A stretch of DNA of 63,715 nt, the filler included, from Choristocarpus tenellus KU-1152 (Eukaryota > Protista > Phaeophyceae): NCBI GenBank assembly GCA_964200185.2. It is 13 parts of 13 records of this genome, joined end to end, with 100 filler letters (N's around TTAATTAATTAA, not from the genome) between each part and the next. Parts side by side here need not be neighbours in the genome. Positions count along the whole stretch, not along the records: positions 49,497 to 61,006 come from CAXNAD020002281.1; 12 more parts are not named here. One strand, written 5' to 3'. Below the pieces are notes generated by a model that had not been told where the DNA came from, did no database searches, and saw nothing but the letters and a program-made list of their open reading frames with translations. Position numbers and translations under genes: made by a program. Every line of letters begins with the position of its first letter. Position 1 is the first letter of the stretch. Shown one piece after another: positions 49,497 through 60,090 of this stretch.

Positions 49497-49541
49497 TCTC
49501 CCAAATGGACAGTCGCCACCCCCTCCCAGATACTTTGAGTC
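49497..49541 (-). mobile_element. MITE family B terminus abutting a Copia RNase H relic
   Basis: CCAAATGGACAGTCGCCACCCCCTCCCAGATACTTTGAGTC. Confidence 0.85.
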
Positions 49542-49850
49542 TCTATGCGTCATCGCTGTCCGTTCTGCCTCTGATGAAGATGTGATAACAGCTCCTTGCA
49601 TCTTGGATTTCCATGCAATTGGTGCTCCATTCATGAGTATCACATACCCTGTCAGGCTCCACCTTGATGCAGTGTCATTGCCCCAGTCTGAGTCTCCATA
49701 CCCGACCAGGCCCCCATTGTCCATATTACCACCAGCAGGATGGCGTATCCCTATTTTTTTTGGTGCCCACCAGGTATCGCAGAACATGTTGTAGTCCTTT
49801 TCAGTGTCGATCGCATGGAGATGCTGCATATCTTCCCAGTTCCCGCACAC
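49542..49850 (-). pseudogene. Ty1/Copia RNase H relic (a different family from 41617-45049)
   Basis: LVGYGDSDWGNDTASRWSLTGYVILMNGAPIAWKSKMQGAVITSSSEAE. Confidence 0.88.
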
Positions 49851-50570
49851 TGTTGGATAGGCCTGGTCGTGTCATCCCGGCTAGGAACATTAGTTATCCC
49901 AGGATGGTGCGGTAAGGTCTGTACCTCAGGCTCATGGCTCAGACTCAGGCTCAGGTCCATGGCTCAGGCTCACACTCGGGATTGCAGCTCCGGCTGCATT
50001 GCCTCAATTAACTCTGTCATCTTGTCCCAGGGCCCCACTGCTCAATATTCGCCATGGCACACCAGGTACCCAAAGTATTTCCCTTAACCTCCACTTCTTG
50101 CTCATTATTGATTGTACCATATCCCATGTCTCCATGGCCTCCAGCTTCCCATTTGTGTCGAAGGTGCAGGTCCACTTTGTTGGGATGACAATGATGATAC
50201 TATTGCCCGTTTCAGCTTCCTGTAGCTTACATCAGGTCTTGTGGTGAGCTGCACGGGGATCTCGTCCTCTTCACGTCCTCTGTTGAGCTGCACGGGGATC
50301 TAGTCCTCCGCACATCCTTCGTTGATTCCTCTCTTTCGTAGTTTCAGTGCGACATTCGTTCCTGTTCCATTAGTGTCTCCGTGAGTTCAGGACGACGTAT
50401 TTTCGCCGCACAATGTCTTATAGACCCTTTCACTGGCATAAACCACCAGATATAATGTTGTACAAGTCTCCACTGATCGTGCTGGTGCTCCAGTCCAGTT
50501 GAGCAAATTCTTCATGTCGTTCGGGCCCATCACTTGCTCCTTTTCTCCATACTACTTAGGCTCATAACCT

Positions 50571-50710
50571 GTGCAAATCTACCTTGGGAGGTAATACTGT
50601 TTGTCAGTAGTGAAAGACAAGAAGGTGTGAAGTCTCACACGACCCCCTTTGCTGAACCTGATTACATGGTTGAAATTAGAATGACCTTTGTGGGTGTCTT
50701 CTCATTGCTT
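50571..50710 (+). repeat. Dispersed ~145-bp repeat, copy 2
   Basis: Matches the reverse complement of 98-242. Confidence 0.8.
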
Positions 50711-50994
50711 TAATATTATTTGTGCTTCCTACAGAAGTCAACAATTAAATCAAAGTAGTTGAATTAAAATAAAAAACCTATACATATTCCATTCATAATT
50801 CTGATGTACTTTCTCATTAGTTACATCGCATGGGCTCAATCAACATGACTATCTCTCATACACAAAATAAGGTACACCTCACTATTGTCCTATTTTGCAC
50901 ATATTCTAGTTCACTATTTTTCTTCCTGCCCCGACTGCACCCAATCCTTCCTACTCTCTGTTAGACCCTACGAAGAACCCGCACTGGGTCTCTT

Positions 50995-51230
50995 TGGTTG
51001 GCCCTAACATATACCATGAACGCCCTCAACTTCCACCTTCCCTCCCTTTGTATGATTATCTCTGATGCCCCTATTGTTGCCGTTCTCGTGACTCCCCCTA
51101 TCCTGCAGGGCACATTCTTTCGCTCTCCACTTGAGCTCCTTCGTTATCCCTCTCAGAACACCTGTTGCTTGGCCTCTCATGATCACCTTCCTCTTCCCAC
51201 CATCCCTGAGTACCACCCATACTCCAATGG
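50995..51230 (-). pseudogene. Tyrosine recombinase C-terminus of a DIRS/Ngaro-type retrotransposon (relic)
   Basis: The minus strand reads KECAL/RIGGVTRTATIGASEIIIQREGRWKLRAFMVYVRAN. This is the (HS.)RIGG.T.....G......GRW.S.....Y box with the catalytic Tyr; the HS residues are lost at a frameshift. Confidence 0.8.
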
Positions 51231-51281
51231 TCTCTTTTTTTAATTATCTTGCTATTCCACCGTCCAAGGTTGGTTCCCAAA

Positions 51282-51461
51282 GGCTCAAAGTATCTGGGGG
51301 GGGGTGGCGGTTGTCCATTTGGGATCAATTTTTTCATGTCGCGATTTTTAGGTGATTTGGTTTCATACGTCGGATGGATAATTTAAATGCACTTTTCCTG
51401 ATTTTGGTCCAAATGGACAACCTGGTGTAGACCCCTCCTTCCCCCCCAGATACTTTGGGTC
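51282..51461 (+). mobile_element. MITE family B, full length (180 bp)
   Basis: GGCTCAAAGTATCTGGGGGG ... CCCCCCCAGATACTTTGGGTC, flanked by CAAA/CAAA. Confidence 0.92.
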
Positions 51462-53446
51462 CAAACTCTGCACGATCCCTTCTCATCCTTCTGCCACAGG
51501 TGAAATTAATTTGAAGTGTGTAAGCAGTTAAAAGTAAATGATTATTTTTTTGAAACATTGGAGCCCTAAAGCTTGGTCCTACTTGTTAATCCTGTCGCTT
51601 TCTCTACCAACTCAGTTGCCTGCCGTCCCCAACCGGGGTCACATACAACCTATCCCTGTCTTCTATTGTCTCTCCTGACTACTGGGTGCAATGCAAATGC
51701 TCGAGTTCTTTTGTATGTACCACGCTTGATCCACTCCTCCCAAGTCCCGTCTTGAGTATAGGGAATGGAGACATATGGACTGTTGGCCAGTCAAGGCAGC
51801 AGTTCTGGATTATTAGGATTTCTATGTATGCTCTGCCCCTTTCCTGCTCTAACCCTGACATATACACCTATCCCTACTCCTGTGCATACCTCACACTTCC
51901 GACAACAATAGTCAACCGAACACTTTAATATACTCCTTAGCATTCGCCCTTCTCTCCGATCTCTTTCTAGTGCTTATCAAGCATGGATGTCTCCGGTCCT
52001 CTTGTATGCTTACTTTCTTTATCCAGCTCACCCGACTCTTGTACTGTCCTTTCCTTGTCCAAAGATTGCTTCTATCGTTTTCCTTTAGGCACGAGGATTT
52101 GGGTTGGTTTGAAATGTGTTCTCACATGACCTGAGGATCCCTTCTATCCACGACTTCCTCCCTCCTGAGCTGTGTCATATCATCAACAGCCAAACACTTT
52201 TCCTTCATCCTCTAAACCCCATATTTCAATATCAGACTTGATTCCCTTTTCCTTTACCCTGAAACTATATCCCCTGCCCTATATCTATCCCCTCTGATCC
52301 CTTTTCCCGATAGTTTACCCAGCCAACCCCTTTCCTGGTGTGATCCCAACAAATGCACCAGCCGCCGAAAAAAAGCCCGAGGCAGACTCGCAGGACCTAT
52401 GATACACCATATTTTCCGTATTTTGATTATATATATATTTGGAATAAAACAAAAATCGCCCCAAACTAGCTAGTCCCCAGTATGATATCCTTAGGTTATG
52501 AGTATATCGCACCCTCATAATATCCCTTGTACTCGTTGTCAGGTTCTATCACTCCAGGCTTTGCCTCCACAAACTTTGTATCCCAGTTCTTGGCTACCAA
52601 TACCTTCCTTGTATTCCTGACCCTGGACTCTCCCTTATCTTTCATTAGTACCTCCGCGGATATGACATACACCATACCCCTCACCTTTGAATTACTTGTA
52701 ATTATTATTATTACCAATTTTATTGCTAGATGACATGAGTTAGAAACTGCAGTACAAAGCGCTTGCAAAGGTTTGGGCTGGTTTGATTAGCAGTACCGGA
52801 AGTCTCTCCTTCCCCCCTCCTTTTCGTTCTCAAAATGTAAACTCTAAGGGTGCAGAGTGCAAACCAATAATACATAATACAAACTCAAACGGCATTCTAT
52901 TTCTCCCCCAGAAGGTGTTTCTCAACCATAGTTAGCACCGTTCAGAAAATATTATTAACGTAATATTGGAAGCTTTGGGAGAGTTGAAAAACACGCACGG
53001 ATCGTACTCAAAACCAGAGATTTGAGCAATTTTAGTATTTGAGGGGGTTGCTAAGTATCTGATCTTTGGCGAATATGGAAGTATTTCTACTAGTAAACGA
53101 AAGGTGAGGAGTTGCTGTGGGAGAATATTAAGATAGTTGTGTCTTGACATGTCGGTCAGCTATGGTGGTACAGTTACATCATTTACCATAGGTCTGGGTG
53201 CGGCATATTTGTGCAGCATCATAAAAAGGGGATATCCTTTTGCAACAACGGCTGCCAGAGGCAATGCAGCAGAGGATGTAGGCTCAGGGATGGGAGCAGT
53301 AGAGCACAGGAGCCCTTCTACCATGTTTGTCATGGCAGATAGACCTTGCCCTCTAGGCACCATGGATCAGGAGATCAGCTTCGACAAGGTTGGCACTTAC
53401 TGTAGAAGCAGGAGGAATCCGCAAATCCTTCAACAACGATAAGATA

Positions 53447-53705
53447 GAGCCAAAGTCTTAGAGGGTAGAGTCGCGTCCATTTGGGAGCCCAAAAGCCAAT
53501 GTTGCAATTTTGATGTAATTTTGGCTATTGTGTTTGTTAGGAAGTATCAACATCCGTGTTCCGGACACATCTTTTCATAACGAACACATTATACCTACTC
53601 CGAAACATTTTGGAGTAGGTAAAGTGTCATAAAGAAACCCTGTGGGAACCAAGGTTTAAATGGACAAACGGGGCAAAACTCATACCCTCTAAAATACTTT
53701 CACTC
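53447..53705 (-). mobile_element. MITE family A, full length
   Basis: GAGCCAAAGTCTTAGAGGGTAG ... TACCCTCTAAAATACTTTCACTC, flanked by ATA/ATA. Confidence 0.9.
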
Positions 53706-55666
53706 ATAGAGTTAGGTCTAGAATATTTATTGTGGGCACTTTTCCCTCTCAAGAGATTTTGGAAATACATGCAGCTTGGTGCTGCACGATGTGAATGTGC
53801 AGCACCAACCATCTGTAGCGCTTTGCTTTTGTGAGGAGAAGGCCACTGTTGTGATTGTAGTCACATTCCAAAGCGCAATCTCAAGCAACAAAGTCGAACA
53901 AGAAGAAGCAGAAGGTTCCTAGGGTGTTGGTAGCACGCTGGAACAAGAATGGAAACGAGAACTCTGTGGAAGTCACTACTTCCCTGTAGTTGCAAAGTGA
54001 GATACTTTGTATATACCTGTGTCTCTCTTTCCTCGACCCCTAGGTGAAACTGACATATACATTAATGCCTCTTTTACATCCTCCGTTCTGTATCTTCTTC
54101 AATCAGCCAAAAAAATATAAAAATAGATTATGCGGTCTTGGAAGAGTGCATTCTTTGTTGATCAATTCCATGTTTATATGTTAAATGATGGAGAAACAGA
54201 GACTTCCTCCGTGGCCAAGACCCTATCCCTCTGTCCCAGTAAGTACTTCTTTTATAATTCTGTCCCTTCTGTTAGATCGTACATCTTAGGCTGCCCTTGG
54301 TAGGACAACTAATGATCGGAAGAGGGAAATAGTGTGCACATATAATTGTAATTATGAACGTGGAGATATGTTTTGTGGGGTGTTTCTCCTCTCCCTCTGA
54401 GTATCCTCTTGTGTCCATTGTAGTGCTCAACCAATAAATACTTTCTTGGTGGCCCGTTCGTGTATTCTTCTTGCAAGGTTCTTTCCCTGTTTGTTTTGTT
54501 ATCTAGAACAACATTAATGGAATGTCCATTGTGGTGTCTACTGTCCTTAGATATCAGAAGTAGTACATCTCAAATATTTCAATGTGCACGACATTCATCA
54601 CTGCTGTGCCTTGAACTAATGTTTTGTTTGGATCGGTCTCTAGATCTCCATCCACACCTTATCCCCTCGTTTTCCCGTGTCTGTTCATGTGCAACCTTTA
54701 TGACCATCGCATGGATGTAAACGCCACTGTGAACAAAGGATGCCTGCATTTTTCCTGTTCATTTTCTTCCTTATAAAGTTACAAGGGATTCCTTCTATTT
54801 GATAGTATTTGAGGTGACAAATATTTTGTGTCGAACATGTTTGCCCTTTGTCAATTAAAGATGAGGTGGTGCTTTTGAAGTAGGAGAAAATGAATGTCGA
54901 TCGTTTATTGTCAGGTGACATCCACAGAGCAAAGAACATAGTTGCTTTTTATAGCTCTATGCTCCCTCTGTTCCACAGGTCTGGGCCGTTACGTTGTATT
55001 CATGACTCTTCGGGATGATCTCTGATTACAAAACGGACTTCTGCGTTGGATTCCTTGGAATATGTTACACTAAGAACCTAAATTTCAAATAATTATTTGT
55101 AGAGTTCTGTTCTGAAATGGTTCCGAAAGAATGGAGCACAGAATGAGGCATATTCTTGTAATTTTTTTTATGTTCCTGCTACAGAATAAAGCCACACAAC
55201 ACTCACACAACCCCAATGACGAGTCCCCACAGCCCGTCGTCCCCAGCATGAAGCCAACCGTCTCGGGGAAAGAACTGTGAGCTGACTGAGAAAGGTCGCA
55301 CCGCACTCGCTCTGCGTTACCCATTGACTGTTCCTCCGAGTCACGAGAGGCTCCTGGGGGTGTGGGGCCTAAATTGGCGAAATAGTTTGGAGTGGGAGAG
55401 AGACACCCTAGACGGGAATAAAACAGGTTGAAACATTGGCACGAGGGCTGCCAGTACAATGTTGACAACCTCTTGGTGTGGCAGCGGCGTTTGACTGGTT
55501 ATCTCTTCATGTATGGATCTCCTGTTCTGGCAAGGTAGTCCCAGTTCCTACCTAACGATCCGGGTTTTGGCTGAGACCTCAAAAGGGTGTGACATGCTAG
55601 CAAACATAGCATGCGCATCTGTCATACTACTCAAAGCAGTGTGGGTCATATCCTTGTGCGATGTAG

Positions 55667-55826
55667 GGCTCAAAGTATCTGGGGCTCATTTTTCCATGCC
55701 ACGATTTTTGGGTGATTTGGTTTAGTTACATGAGTCGGATGGATAATGTAAATGCGCTTCTCCTGGTCAGGGCCCGAATGGATAACCTGTTGTAGACCCT
55801 CCCACCCACCCCAGTTGCTTTGAGTC
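55667..55826 (+). mobile_element. MITE family B, both ends present, small internal deletion
   Basis: GGCTCAAAGTATCTGGGG ... CCCCAGTTGCTTTGAGTC, flanked by GTAG/GTAG. Confidence 0.88.
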
Positions 55827-56331
55827 GTAGATTTTGTGGCATTTGGGTTGGCTGGGACAAATGTTTATTGGTTGCTTCAATTGGATAATTTCTCTATGAG
55901 ATCATCAAAGATCCGTTCTGCATTGATTCCACGGTTCACCATTTCGTTCCCCAAATGATTAGTCTGCGAAATTGCTAGTAGGCGAATTTGGCTTCTAGTT
56001 TCTTTGGGAGATCAAAATACCATACTCTGGACTCCATTTTCGTTAGGACATGAGGGAGGAGAGTTGGGAGGTCTCGTTCACACAAATCAATGAGTTGATA
56101 TTCACCTATGTATCTCCAGAAAAAAAAGGAGCTTCATACATACGAGGCATCCGCGAGTCCGCGGTATACGCTTGATAGTGCAAAACTAGACCATTGGCTG
56201 CAGCCTTCCCCACGACTCTCTTTTCTCTGTCTTCAAATAACTCATGGCAACCTTTACACTTTTTTCGATTGGCCATATGGAAGAGTGAATTAATTCTCTC
56301 ACCAAAATGAGCATCACTCGGTTGCAAAAAG

Positions 56332-56403
56332 TACATCAAAATTGCAACATTGAATTTTGAACCCCAAATGGACGCGGCTCTACTCTCTCAGATACTTTGA
56401 CTC
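56332..56403 (+). mobile_element. MITE family A, right-end fragment
   Basis: TACATCAAAATTGCAACATTG...CCCCAAATGGACGCGGCTCTACTCTCTCAGATACTTTGACTC. Confidence 0.8.
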
Positions 56404-56994
56404 GTGGTGAAAGCGCTCCAAGACCATCCGAGGGGACGACGAAACCAAGCAGAAGAAATTCCAGGGCATAGTAGGGAGCTACCAAGATCCTAAATTCTGA
56501 GGTGAATACTGAGTATTCTCTCCAGTTTGAAGAGACAAGGTAGGACCTCCATGTTACAGGATGGAAGTCTCAGTAGGACCACAGGATGCATAACTACAAT
56601 CCACAGGCCTATAGATGGCGCTGATGCCTGTACAGGACTCCTGGGATACTACGAAAGTCAAAAGGTCCAACGAGGATGATGAATATCAGGTCAGCAGATA
56701 AAGGTGCTCTTCTGAGTCAATAAGGACATATGTAAGAATTGGTATCAGAAAAGTGAGATGTGGGCGATCTCTTGTTCGTCATTCACCGTTTATTTATTCC
56801 GGTTTACAGACGTTGAAATACATCTGAAAACCGTTCCATACATTCCCAAGTTATAGATCTTGCTCTGCACCGTTTAGCAAACCGAAGTTCCCCCTTTTGG
56901 GTTCCACACGCACGTACACTGCTTGCGCTGGGTAGAGCACGGGAAGAAATACTTGCGATATTTGCATGTAACAGATTGCGGAGTGGTATTCAGT

Positions 56995-57455
56995 GAGTGG
57001 TGTGGTGGAGTGGAAAGTGGTGGAAAGTGGTGTGGGGTTGAGTGGGGATGATTGGTGGGGTGGAGTGGAAAGTGGTGTTGAATAGTGGTGTTGAATAGTG
57101 GGGTGAAGTGGAAAGTGGTGGATAGTGGTGTGGAGGAAGGTGGATGGATTAGCAGAAATTGGCTGCATGGTTGGTGACTGGAAACTGGTGGAGAAGATTG
57201 GTCGCACTGGTTGGTCATCGGATATGACTGGTAACTGGAAATCAGTGGTAAAGGTTGGTTGTGCTTGTTGGTAACCAGATTTGGTTGGTGACTGGAAATT
57301 AGTGTCAAAGGTGAGTCGTACTGGTTGGTAATCGGATATGGTTGGTGACTGGAATTCAGGGGTGAAGGTTGGTTGCACTGGTTGGTCACGATAGGCTGGT
57401 GGGTGGAAATCAGTTGCGAAGATTCGCTGCATTGGTTGATGACTGGAAATCAGTG
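56995..57455 (-). repeat. 57-bp (19-codon) tandem repeat x~5, followed by a CAC/CCAC-rich low-complexity tract
   Basis: Minus-strand units QPVQPTFTPEFQSPTISDY / QPVRLTFDTNFQSPTKSGY / QQAQPTFTTDFQLPVISDD / QPVRPIFSTSFQSPT (ORF 56851-57432). Confidence 0.85.
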
Positions 57456-57690
57456 TCGTAGGTGGTCACAATTGTCGCACACTAGTGGTGTTACAATGGT
57501 GGAGGAGTAGAATGGATGGAATGCTATCAAAAGGATGATTAATAATAACCCTGATTTCGTGACCAAAAGCAAAGTAAGAGTGTGTTGAGAAGGTGTTGAT
57601 ACCACTTCTATTTAATCCCTCAATGATTTTATAGAGTTAACAAAATGTTTACACAACTACTACTACTGTCGTACAATAACGCCTTGCAAA

Positions 57691-57948
57691 GAGCCGAAGT
57701 ATTTCAGAGGGTATAGCCGCGTCCATTTGGGAGCCAAAATCCAATGTTGCGATTTTGATGTAATTTTGGCTATCGTGTTAGTTAGAAAGTGTCAATATCT
57801 ATGTTTCGGACACACCTTTTCATAACGTATACCTTTTACCTACTCCTAACATTTCGGATGAGGAAAATATCACTAAGAAAAACGTGGGAAGCCAAGCCCC
57901 AAATGGACAAACAGGGAAAAACTCGTACCCTCTAAGATACTTTCGCTC
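57691..57948 (-). mobile_element. MITE family A, full length
   Basis: GAGCCGAAGTATTTCAGAGGGTA ... TACCCTCTAAGATACTTTCGCTC, flanked by AAA/AAA. Confidence 0.9.
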
Positions 57949-57957
57949 AAACATTTT

Positions 57958-59117
57958 TCAAAATTGATATGGAGTGTATTTGGCAAGGGTCACTCCCTCC
58001 AAACTGGCACGGTCCACCAGGGAGCAAGCAGACACAACCTCACTGTGGACGCTGGAGAAGGTAATGGAGGCAGCAGACTCAGCAGGAGCGACTGACTCCT
58101 TTGAAGGGGTGTGTGACAATGGGTCTCTCCGCCTGGAGACATACCAACAAGTACAGGCACAGATACCCAAAAGTTCGGGGGGGTTGTGCCTACCCTCTAT
58201 GAAGCATCGCCAGCATGCAGCTTTTTTGTAGGATCACTGGTGGCTACTCTCCCCACCCTTTTAGCAAGGCAACAAGTGGGTTATGGAGAGTCTTCTACAA
58301 GCCATCGGTATGAGCCCCACAGTAAGGGCCTTGGGATCATCCATCCACAACCTCCTCTCTACAGGAGTCCCTTCAGAAGACTTGGCAGAAATTATTGGCC
58401 AAGACTGGGTAGCCTGTGGGGGAACAACAACTCCCGCACCTGCCCCAGAGGTCCACACTCTGGCAGTCCATGATACTAGGATCACAGGGAGGGCACAACA
58501 CCAGATTGCCCGCCTCCTAAACAGGATCTGCTTCAACTCTTTCTGGACACAATTGGCTGCCATACCTGGCGAGCAGAACAAGGGAAGGAACGTGCTCGCT
58601 AGCCCTGGCCCTCCACTGGGGCTAGTGTGGACAAGGGGCAAATGCATGGGCCTCCACATAACCCCTGGAACCAGCATCCCAGGTCCCCCCCATATAGTTT
58701 AGACTCACCACCAGCAGATCCCTAGGGAGGGACGGGGCCCTGTTGAATAGATGCCCAGCGGCTGGGTGCAGGAGGCAAAACGTGGACCTCAGGCATGCAT
58801 GTACCTGCCCTAGGGCAGGAGGACAGGCACGTCAACACACACCAATGGTGAAGGGTCGAGGTCAACTCTGCAAGGGAATGGGTATCCATTGCACTATGGA
58901 GGACGGTAGCCCATTTTCAGTGGACCAAAACTTTCGCATGGATCTGGTCTTCCTTACTGGTACACTTCTGCATTCCGGATCAGCTCCCTACCAAGACAAA
59001 GGCCTCCTCCTAGATGTTATGTTTGCAGAAGTACAAGGTGCTTCCCACCTGCCCCACTCATTCATTAGCAATGGTGTAGCTGCTGCTGCAGCTGAGGCGC
59101 AAAAACGCACCCACCTG
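57958..59117 (+). mobile_element. CRE-like non-LTR retrotransposon C-terminus (thumb, CCHC knuckle, restriction-like endonuclease), frameshifted
   Basis: YLARVTP...QAQIPKSSGGLCL..AAF(V)GS; CPAAGC..D.RHACTC...RQH; FRMDLV...LLLDV...AAAAAEAQKRTH. This is the motif order of RLE-bearing CRE/R2-type elements. Confidence 0.8.
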
Positions 59118-59119
59118 GC

Positions 59120-60090
59120 GTCCACGTCGATGGCTACCTCCACCTGCTTCGCGACCTCTTCTGAGTAAAGGACTTGGTGGTATCGAAAAGTCTCCACAGC
59201 TGCCTTTGTTACGATGGCTTTCTCCTCCGTCTTGCGAGTTTCTCTGGGGCTTCAGAGTCCTTAAAAAAACCCTAACTTCCCAAACCTAACACCTTCTTTC
59301 TCGTTTCCTTAAGCCACTCCGTCTTGGAAAGCTTCCAAACAGCCAGGGCCTGCTGCAACTGTCGACTACCAAGATATTCTACAACCAGGTTTTCCCTTAG
59401 CGTTTCCTGAGCGCAATGGCACGCAGTCGCACCGCTCTCCTCTCCAATCTTTCCTTTGTGTGGCCACTCTGGTTCTCCCTTTGCCCGCCGTGATCAGGCT
59501 TCCCCACAGACTTCGTCACTTTACCACCTAGTGATGGACTCGCCGCTCTCATCCCGCTTTCTCAAGGTGGTAGAGACTGCAGGGCAGTGCTCTGACTTTG
59601 TTGAAGATCCAACCACGTTTGCGTGGTAATGCTTCCAATGCATCTTCTCTCATTAGAAGCATCGCGGCCCTGTGATCCATTTCGTGATTTGATCATGCTG
59701 CTGTGAAACTACTCGCACTTTCTCGTCACCTAACATCGCATTGAGTGTCACACGGTACTTGCTTTCCCGTCACCTCTCAACAGAGAAGGTGCCAAGGGTA
59801 GATCCGGGGGGCAGAATGGCCTCGGTCTCCTTGTCTCACCGTTGTGGTTCATGTTGCTGTGTAAGTCACGCATGTGTGTGCTCACAAAAAGTCTGCAAAT
59901 AGCATTGAAAAGATGTCCGGAAATCTGGAGTTTTTTTTTTTCGGTATCGCTACACCGACCAAACTTGGGCAGCCACGTACCTCGAACCGTTTTTTTGGGG
60001 GGAGCTTATCCAACCACTTCAATTGTGTCCGTTTCGAAGTCGTGACCTTCAAAATTGCGCCGGAGATGTTCCCTCGCGTTTTTGCCATTA
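59120..60090 (-). mobile_element. Second copy of the 5' part of the IS630/Tc1-like element (no MITE inserted)
   Basis: Colinear with 4811-4860 plus 5132-6059. Confidence 0.8.

Noticed and set aside
53137-53442. ORF with an N-terminal hydrophobic segment as a first exon
   Set aside because: No recognisable domain or convincing downstream exons, and it is embedded in TE debris.
54100-56330. Possible chromodomain-bearing Gypsy remnant on the minus strand
   Set aside because: Only faint motif echoes (KYLL.., AHFG..C..C) with many stops; not supportable without a search.
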